A stretch of DNA of 64,000 bases from Bdellovibrionota bacterium (lineage in GTDB: Bacteria > Bdellovibrionota_G > JALEGL01 > DATDPG01), in NCBI GenBank assembly GCA_963668355.1, contig OY764265.1, positions 896,001-960,000 of the forward strand. Direction: 5' to 3'. Positions 57,468-64,000 of this stretch are shown here, one piece after another (position 1 is the first letter of the stretch; each line of letters starts with the position of its first letter). Position numbers and translations under genes: made by a program. The notes under the pieces were generated by a model, which saw nothing but the letters and a program-made list of their open reading frames with translations, did no database searches and was not told the origin of the DNA.

Positions 57468-58529
57468 TTCTGCGACGATGTATTTTTTCTTCAAAAGATA
57501 AAATACGACTTTGGATGTTTCGAGATCGCTTAGGTGGCTGTGATCCAGCACGGCTTCAAAAATGGACTCGTTGATGACCACTTGAAGAATATCCAACACG
57601 CGGGGATGCAGCTTTGACAGCGGAGCTGTAAAATGAGGTTTCAAAATCAGCTTTGCATCTAAATCGGGAAGGCCTTTTTTGATCTTTTGCAACTCATCAA
57701 ATTGTCGAAAACCCTCCATAAGAAGACTTTCAACCGTTCCTTCAATTTTCTCTTCCAATTGATCTGCTTCAAAGGCCTCTGGCAGAGGATGCAACTCAAA
57801 GGTGCCTTCATTCCAACCCAATAATCGATAAAGGGCCTTAAGCCCCTTGGCTTCTCGAACCTCCGCACCAATGACCTGACCATCTTGAATCCAAATTTGG
57901 CCCTTTCGTTTGGAATTCAGTTCAAGAATGCCATTTTTCCGATTTTGAGAGAAATTCTGCAGAAGGTCTGCCAATCCCATGGCCGATAAATCTCCCGAGA
58001 GAGGTTTACTCTTACCTCCAGACTTCTCTTCCGGAACTTCTTCAACATTGAGTTCAAATTCACTGTCTTCCGAAGACTCCACCAAGTCTACGCCACTGGA
58101 CTCTTCCACTTCGGGTACTTCTTCCGAAGGTTCTTCTTTGAGATCCTCAGGGGCTTTCAAAGCTTCTGGTTTCGGTGATTCGACCGGTGCTTCATTGGCC
58201 TGGGTTTCCCCTTTTACCATTTCAATTTCGATCAAACTATTTCCCAATCGAAACTTGTCATTGGGCTGCAAAAGCATTTCAGAGATCTTTTTGGAATTTA
58301 CGTAGGTGCCATTTGTACTTTGAAGGTCACTCAAACGAACATAATCAGAAGTAACAGAGAGAATGCAGTGTTTTCGCGAAATCTTTTTTTCGGCCAAGAA
58401 AATATCGCATTCTTCACTTCGACCGATGGTCATCTCTCTGGGCGCATTGACGCGAATTTCCACGCCTTCGTTTTCTCCTTCGAGAAACCGAAGCACAACT
58501 TCTTGTATGACGCTTTCCATCTGACTCAT
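57465..58529 (-). CDS. FHA + DUF4388 domain protein
   Basis: IGRSEEC..ISRKHC..STNGT; acidic linker; LSGDLSAMGLADLLQ...WNEGTF. Confidence 0.9.
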   Translation of the reverse strand: MSQMESVIQEVVLRFLEGENEGVEIRVNAPREMTIGRSEECDIFLAEKKISRKHCILSVTSDYVRLSDLQSTNGTYVNSKKISEMLLQPNDKFRLGNSLIEIEMVKGETQANEAPVESPKPEALKAPEDLKEEPSEEVPEVEESSGVDLVESSEDSEFELNVEEVPEEKSGGKSKPLSGDLSAMGLADLLQNFSQNRKNGILELNSKRKGQIWIQDGQVIGAEVREAKGLKALYRLLGWNEGTFELHPLPEAFEADQLEEKIEGTVESLLMEGFRQFDELQKIKKGLPDLDAKLILKPHFTAPLSKLHPRVLDILQVVINESIFEAVLDHSHLSDLETSKVVFYLLKKKYIVAE

Positions 58530-58563
58530 AAAAATGCCAAAAACTGCCTAGGATTATAACCGT

Positions 58564-59586
58564 TTAGCTCGGCTGCATCCATTTCTGAAGGATTTTAAGG
58601 GCCGGCTTTTCTCGAGGAGTATAGCCAAGGTCGCTCTCTCCGCCTACCCCTCTCCACTCGTAAAAGAAAACCCCCTTTAAATTCAACGCAGAGTTCCAGG
58701 TTTCTAAAAAGGCACGATAACCCATGGCCTGCACCTTGGGCGCGGGAATGCCCGAGCGAACATGATTCCACGGATCATGCAAGCCCTGCTTCCGACTGGG
58801 ATACCCCACCTCCGTAAACAAAAGGGGCTTTTGAAGAAGCTGGGCCCATTCTTGGAGAGGTCTTTGAAAGCTTTTCCACCTCTCCTTGGCTCTTTCCAGC
58901 GAAGGGGTTTCATTTTCCGACGCCAATTCGTAGTACGCATTCACACCGAGCCAATCCAGCTCACTCCATGCTGGACTCTTGCTCAAATGGTCCCAATTGA
59001 AAGAGTAGAAAAGCTTCCCGGCGAAGTCCTCCCGAGATTCTCGAATTAGCCTCGTCCACTCCTCCCCATACTTCTCCAGGGAAACCATTTCGGATCCCAC
59101 AGAAAAGAAATCCACCTCTTTCTGTCTGGCAATTCGTCGATATTTGGCCAAAAAACCGCGATAGGAACGAAACCATAAGGAGACGTTTCGAGGTTCGATC
59201 ATCCCTCGCCAATCGGTGGCGGATCGAGGCGAGCGCAACAAAACCACCGGCATCAAGCCCACTCGAAAACCTCTTTCTCTGGCGACTTGGATCGCGCTCT
59301 CCAATTGTCGAACAGAAATCGTCAAATGAGGATCCGGTTGAATTCGAACCGATTGCCAATCTTCCTGAATCTCTGTCACTTTAAGAAGAATTGCATTCAC
59401 GCCAAGTTGCTGAAGCTCATCAAGAGACTGCTTTACCCATTCTTGGTCTGTATCGACATAGACGCCCAAAGCCATTCCTTTCAGATCACACGAAGGACCA
59501 TAGGCATAACTCTTCACGGTCATCGCAAAGGCGCAAAAAAATACGACGAAAACGACGAGAGCTATTTTCCTCGAATGAGGCGACAA
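58564..59586 (-). CDS. Secreted glycoside hydrolase family 113-like TIM barrel
   Basis: Signal peptide; WRGMIEP, SVGSEM, YSFNWD, GVNAYY, FTEVGY. Confidence 0.8.
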   Translation of the reverse strand: MSPHSRKIALVVFVVFFCAFAMTVKSYAYGPSCDLKGMALGVYVDTDQEWVKQSLDELQQLGVNAILLKVTEIQEDWQSVRIQPDPHLTISVRQLESAIQVARERGFRVGLMPVVLLRSPRSATDWRGMIEPRNVSLWFRSYRGFLAKYRRIARQKEVDFFSVGSEMVSLEKYGEEWTRLIRESREDFAGKLFYSFNWDHLSKSPAWSELDWLGVNAYYELASENETPSLERAKERWKSFQRPLQEWAQLLQKPLLFTEVGYPSRKQGLHDPWNHVRSGIPAPKVQAMGYRAFLETWNSALNLKGVFFYEWRGVGGESDLGYTPREKPALKILQKWMQPS

Positions 59587-60332
59587 ACTGTATTTCCTAT
59601 TTTGAACTCATCCTGAAGATTGAGCTGGGCTTCCGTAACACGCTTCCCATTCAAATAGAGTCCATTGGTAGACCCCAAATCCTTCAATACGATCTTTCCA
59701 TTTGGAGAGATTTCCAGAGAAGCATGTAATCGAGACACATCCAAATCTTTGAACAAAACCTCTGCTTTTCCTCGCCCTAAAGTCATAAGAGCACGATTTA
59801 AACGAAAAGACTTTCCCTGATCTGGCCCCTCCAAAACATTTAAGGAATAATTCAAACGAGCAATCTCAATATCCGACCGTTCCCCAGATGCCGAATCGTC
59901 ATCAACATCCCATCTGGAAAACTTTTTGAGTTCATCCTTGATCAAACTATTGATGTCTTCTTTGCCCTTTTCTGGACTCTTTTCCGAAGAGATCTGTCGC
60001 GTGTTGCGCTGACGAAAAGCCCCCAAATCTTCGACAATCAACACTTTCATCTTGGTTAACCCCAACATGATCTCATCCATATTCTTGAGTTTTTGTTGGC
60101 GAACCTGTTGATCGTTCACATGAACGCCATTTCGACTATCCAAATCGGTGATAAAAACACCGTCTTCCGAAATTTCAATGGACGCATGTCGAGAAGATAT
60201 TTTGCCATCTTGCAGAACAATGTCGGCTTTGGCTCTTCCAATAATGGTTCGAGGTTTGGTCAATGGGAAGGTCAAGCCGCGTTCGCGTCCCTCCTCTACG
60301 GAAAGCGTAACTTGCCACCCTGCAACGCTCAC
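59562..60332 (-). CDS. Dual-FHA domain protein
   Basis: IGR..ISSRHA..SRNG and LGR..VSRLHA..STNG. Confidence 0.9.
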   Translation of the reverse strand: MSVAGWQVTLSVEEGRERGLTFPLTKPRTIIGRAKADIVLQDGKISSRHASIEISEDGVFITDLDSRNGVHVNDQQVRQQKLKNMDEIMLGLTKMKVLIVEDLGAFRQRNTRQISSEKSPEKGKEDINSLIKDELKKFSRWDVDDDSASGERSDIEIARLNYSLNVLEGPDQGKSFRLNRALMTLGRGKAEVLFKDLDVSRLHASLEISPNGKIVLKDLGSTNGLYLNGKRVTEAQLNLQDEFKIGNTVCRLIRGK

Positions 60333-61093
60333 TGTCCGGCGACTCCTTTAAAAAGAAGTGTGCTTTTGCCCATGCGAATTCGATCTCCTTTTTGCAAAAC
60401 CCGATTGGTTATGCGCTGGTCATTCACAAACGTACCATTTCGAGAGGCCAAGTCCCGCAAAATGATTTGTCCGTTTTCCAGTTTTTCAATCAAGGCATGC
60501 TTTCTCGAAGCATCTGGGTCTTTCAAGCTTAGATCACATTGGATTCGGCCAATCGAAATCCGGGACTGACTGAACTGAAACGCCTTCCCACGCAACGGTC
60601 CGAAAAGAATCTCAAACCCCATTTCGGTTTGGTCTTCCTTTGTTTCTTTCGAAGAAGCTCCGGAAACTTTTTGCATCAACTCTCGATCCAACAATCCGGC
60701 CAATCCTCCTCCCGTGGAATAGATCTCTTGGGGCCGATCCGCCAACAAACGCTTGGCCTCCTCCGGATCAAATTGAAGTTGAAAGCTGGTCAAACCAATT
60801 CGGACTTCATCTCCCTCCCCCAATACCGCTTGTTTCACTTTGCGTTTTCCGAGATAAGTGCCATTGGAACTATCCAAATCCACAATCCGGAAGGCCGTTC
60901 CCTGTAATTCAAGAGCGACATGAGAAGAGGACACCTTAATATCCCGAACCAAAATGTCTCCAAACTTTCGACCTAAGACGGTTCGCGTGAAGGCCAAAGG
61001 TACCTTTCGACCTTTGTCATCCCCACCGGTAAATTCGATCAATGCCCCTAACCCAGAAGGAAGGGGACGTTTTCCATGTCCTTGGTCCGCCAT
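60329..61093 (-). CDS. Dual-FHA domain protein
   Basis: LGR..VSSSHV..SSNGT and IGR..ASRKHA..SRNGT; start reassigned to ATG 61093. Confidence 0.88.
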   Translation of the reverse strand: MADQGHGKRPLPSGLGALIEFTGGDDKGRKVPLAFTRTVLGRKFGDILVRDIKVSSSHVALELQGTAFRIVDLDSSNGTYLGKRKVKQAVLGEGDEVRIGLTSFQLQFDPEEAKRLLADRPQEIYSTGGGLAGLLDRELMQKVSGASSKETKEDQTEMGFEILFGPLRGKAFQFSQSRISIGRIQCDLSLKDPDASRKHALIEKLENGQIILRDLASRNGTFVNDQRITNRVLQKGDRIRMGKSTLLFKGVAGQ

Positions 61094-61271
61094 ATTGAAA
61101 AAATACATAATAACCTTTCTTTTCCCCAATTCCGAATGCTTGAAAACAAAGGCCCTGGACGAAAGTGGCCAAAGACACGAAGACGCCCTGCGGCATCTTG
61201 GCAACGTAAGGTCAACGCACACTCCCCATCGGGCTTTGACAACCACGAGGATCGGCTCTAAAAGGACCTTC

Positions 61272-62015
61272 ATGAAATGGTATATTCTTATTTTTCTGGC
61301 TCTCTTTTTGACCGCTTGCGCAGCCAAAGAACCTCAAGATTTTAAACAAGACCAGGCGCTCTACACCTATGCGATGGAACTCTACGAAGACCGAAGCTAT
61401 TCGGATGCTATTCCCTTTTTTGAAAGCTTGCGCAATCGTTTCCCACAAAGCCCCTACGCCGTTCCCTCAGAGCTGAAAATTGCGGATTCTCATTTTGAAA
61501 ATGACGATTTTTTGGAAGCCGAGGTCAATTATCAACAGTTTCGCGCCCTTCACCCCACACATGAAAAAATTCCCTACGTGGTTTTTCGAATTGGCGTCTG
61601 CCATTTGGAACAAATTCCCGGAGGTCCTGATCGAGATCAAACCGAAACCGAAAAAGCCCTAAGAACGTTTTCAGAAGTCATGCGCCTCTGGCCCAAGTCA
61701 GAGTATGCCAAGAAAGCCTCAACACACATCGACAAAGCCAAGCGAAAATTGGAAGAGCGCGAATTGTATGTGGCCAATTGGTATTTGGGACAGGATGAAT
61801 ACGAGGCCGCCATCGGGCGTCTTAACAAACTGGGCCAACATTCGGAATTTCCGGAAATCAAAAGTGAAGCTCTTTACAAACTGGGTTACGCCTATGCAGA
61901 AATGGAACAACCTGAAAAGGCCCTGCCCTTCTTAAACGAAGCCACCCAACTGCCCAAGGCCGGGAAATACGCCAAAAAAGCCAAAGATTTAGCAACAAAG
62001 CTTAAAAAGCCGTAA
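61272..62015 (+). CDS. bamD: Outer membrane protein assembly factor BamD
   Basis: Lipobox LTAC; FPQSPYA; DRDQTET; ELYVANWY; AAIGR. Confidence 0.92.
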   Translation: MKWYILIFLALFLTACAAKEPQDFKQDQALYTYAMELYEDRSYSDAIPFFESLRNRFPQSPYAVPSELKIADSHFENDDFLEAEVNYQQFRALHPTHEKIPYVVFRIGVCHLEQIPGGPDRDQTETEKALRTFSEVMRLWPKSEYAKKASTHIDKAKRKLEERELYVANWYLGQDEYEAAIGRLNKLGQHSEFPEIKSEALYKLGYAYAEMEQPEKALPFLNEATQLPKAGKYAKKAKDLATKLKKP

Positions 62016-62038
62016 GGCTCTCCAAACCGGTTGAATCT

Positions 62039-64000
62039 TTAACCACTCGCCAGATGCTCTTTGACAGCAAGGAGGGCATCCGCAAGTTTTTCGATTTGTG
62101 GCCCCCCCGCTTGAGCCATATCAGGACGACCGCCTCCGGAGCCTCCTAAAACTTTGGCGCCGATTTGCACCACTTTCCCCGCATGGACTTTTTTCGAAAG
62201 TGATTTGGAAACCTTGGCGGCCAAAAAAGCCTTGGCCTCGTTCTTCGAACCGATGACGACAACCCCTTCTTTCAGTTTTTCCAGGTGTCGATCCGCCAGA
62301 TCCCGAAGTTCTCTGGGATCGGAAGCCTCTACTTCCGTCACAATGCACTTCATGCCCCCCAGAGTTTCGACATCTCCCTCTTTCACAACTTGCGTCCCGG
62401 CCGAACCTTTCTTACGTAACGCTTTCTCCAAGTCTTTTTGTTTTTGCAAAAGCTTTTCAATGCGATCGGGGAGCTCTTCAATCTTGCCACCTAACCGGGA
62501 GGCCAAGTCTTTCACCTGAGAATCCGTCTCCTGCACAAGTCTGAGGGCACGTCGACCCGTAACCGCTTCAATGCGACGGACGCCTGCCGCCACACTCGAC
62601 TCTTTTAAGAGTTTGAAAATGCCGATGTCACCTGTGCGAGACAGATGCGTTCCCCCACATAGTTCTTTGGAGTGGTCCGCAATCGTCACAACTCTCACCT
62701 TCGAACCATATTTTTCATCAAAGAGAGCCATGGCTCCGGTTTCCATGGCATCATCAAACGCCATCACTTCTTTTTGGACAGCATCATCACGCCAAACGCG
62801 TTCATTCAACCGTCGTTCGACTTCCAAGAGCTCCTCTTTGGTCACGGCCCGTGAAAAGGAAAAATCGAAGCGCAAACGCTCTGGGGAGACCAATGAACCG
62901 GCTTGCTTAACTTCTTCTCCCAAGACTTCGCGCAGAATCGCATGAAGAAGATGCGTGGCGGTATGGTTCTTCATGGTGGCTCGTCGGGCTTTCTCATCCA
63001 CACGAAAGACCGCTTCATCTCCCACGCTTACGGTCCCCTCCGTCACCACACACTGATGTAGGAAAATTTCGGGTGAGGGTTTTCGCGTATCCACGACTTC
63101 TAAGGAAAAATTCGATCCGGCGACTCCACCAATGTCTCCGACCTGCCCACCGGACTCACCATAAAATGAAGTTGTGTCGGCAACGAGTTCCACCTCATCC
63201 CCCGCTTGGGCGGTTTGGACTTCTTTACCCTCTTGCACAAGCTTGAGGACTTTCCCATCTGCCGATAAATGTTCATACCCCACGAACTCCGTACGAACCC
63301 CTTCTTCTACCCATTTGGGAACCAACTGATCGACTTCGTTTTGACTGGACCCTTTCCATGATCCACGAGCTTTCTCACGGTGCAGGGAAAAAGCTTCATC
63401 AAACCCTTCCTGATCAACCGTAAATCCTTCCTCACGCAAAACATCCGCCGTCAAGTCCACCGGAAAACCATACGTATCATAGAGGCGAAAGGCGACTCGA
63501 CCATCTAAGACCTTTTGCTTGGAGTGCTTCATTTGGCCGATCTCTTCTTCCAATAAAGTCAATCCCCGATCAATGGTAAGGGCAAAACGTTTTTCTTCCT
63601 CTTCGACCACCTTTTGTGTGGACGAGGCGTGAGATGTGAGTTCCTCGAAAAATTGGCCCATTTGATTCACAACCTGTGGCACAAGCAAATGAAGAAAGGG
63701 CTTTTCCACGCCCAGTTTTCGCCCGTGTCTCATCGCCCGACGCATGATTCGACGAAGCACATAGCCGCGCCCTTCATTGGAAGGATGCACACCATCCGTA
63801 ATCAAAAACGTCATGGATCGAAGATGGTCGGCAATCACGCGCATGGACATTTTTTGAGCGTCTGAAGCCTTAGCATAGGTCAATCCCACATGTTGACCGA
63901 TGTTTTGAAGAAGCGGTTGAAAAAGATCGGTATCGTAATTGCTGGTCACGCCTTGAACAATTGCAGTAATACGCTCCAACCCCATTCCCGTATCAATAGA
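62039..64000 (-). CDS. alaS: Alanine--tRNA ligase (partial; 5' end is beyond the window)
   Basis: IDTGMGLER, VIADHLR, GYVLRRIMRRA, LYDTYGFP, NHTATHLLH, ELCGGTH, GGGRPDMAQAGG. Confidence 0.98.
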   Translation of the reverse strand, partial: SIDTGMGLERITAIVQGVTSNYDTDLFQPLLQNIGQHVGLTYAKASDAQKMSMRVIADHLRSMTFLITDGVHPSNEGRGYVLRRIMRRAMRHGRKLGVEKPFLHLLVPQVVNQMGQFFEELTSHASSTQKVVEEEEKRFALTIDRGLTLLEEEIGQMKHSKQKVLDGRVAFRLYDTYGFPVDLTADVLREEGFTVDQEGFDEAFSLHREKARGSWKGSSQNEVDQLVPKWVEEGVRTEFVGYEHLSADGKVLKLVQEGKEVQTAQAGDEVELVADTTSFYGESGGQVGDIGGVAGSNFSLEVVDTRKPSPEIFLHQCVVTEGTVSVGDEAVFRVDEKARRATMKNHTATHLLHAILREVLGEEVKQAGSLVSPERLRFDFSFSRAVTKEELLEVERRLNERVWRDDAVQKEVMAFDDAMETGAMALFDEKYGSKVRVVTIADHSKELCGGTHLSRTGDIGIFKLLKESSVAAGVRRIEAVTGRRALRLVQETDSQVKDLASRLGGKIEELPDRIEKLLQKQKDLEKALRKKGSAGTQVVKEGDVETLGGMKCIVTEVEASDPRELRDLADRHLEKLKEGVVVIGSKNEAKAFLAAKVSKSLSKKVHAGKVVQIGAKVLGGSGGGRPDMAQAGGPQIEKLADALLAVKEHLASG

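Noticed and set aside
60954..61327. Apparent long head-to-head overlaps (bamD/FHA; also nagZ/dacB at 47417-47595)
   Set aside because: These are artefacts of longest-ORF start choice. Downstream ATGs give proper signal peptides or domain starts and remove the overlaps.
1..64000. CRISPR array, rRNA, prophage or defence system
   Set aside because: No regularly spaced direct repeats, rRNA-like tracts, or phage/cas genes were recognised by eye. The CPBP/Abi protease is not evidence of abortive infection.

Overview
Gene-dense bacterial chromosome segment, probably from a Bdellovibrionota/Myxococcota-like deltaproteobacterium. This is inferred from gene content: aglRQS/gltDEFG-like genes, PilZ, FHA, DUF4388 and zinc-ribbon proteins, short EF-Ts and rseP-tsaB linkage. 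The housekeeping backbone is: partial long-form ispG (absent from the ORF track), comM, lapA/lapB, rsmB, tatA, asnS, rpsB-tsf-pyrH-frr-uppS-dxr-rseP-tsaB-lepB, sdhCAB, mutY, tRNA-Leu(GAG), nagZ, dacB, bamD and partial alaS. Five points stand out. (1) An Agl-Glt-like envelope motor locus (44.6-57.4 kb) whose TPR components appear fused into one 1868-aa protein; nagZ/dacB are interleaved and a type IV pilin and an FHA/GH113 operon follow. (2) Non-coding paired-hairpin elements with unrelated stems but related, mutually inverted loops; in one family the core is flipped relative to its flank between two copies. (3) An A_AAA_AAG slippery heptamer at the lapA stop that would fuse LapA to a LapB lacking its membrane anchor. 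(4) A histone-H1-like/SWIB fusion protein. (5) Several PilZ and MshEN-like putative c-di-GMP receptors. No CRISPR array, rRNA, integrase or transposase was seen. All family calls are by motif recognition; no searches were run.
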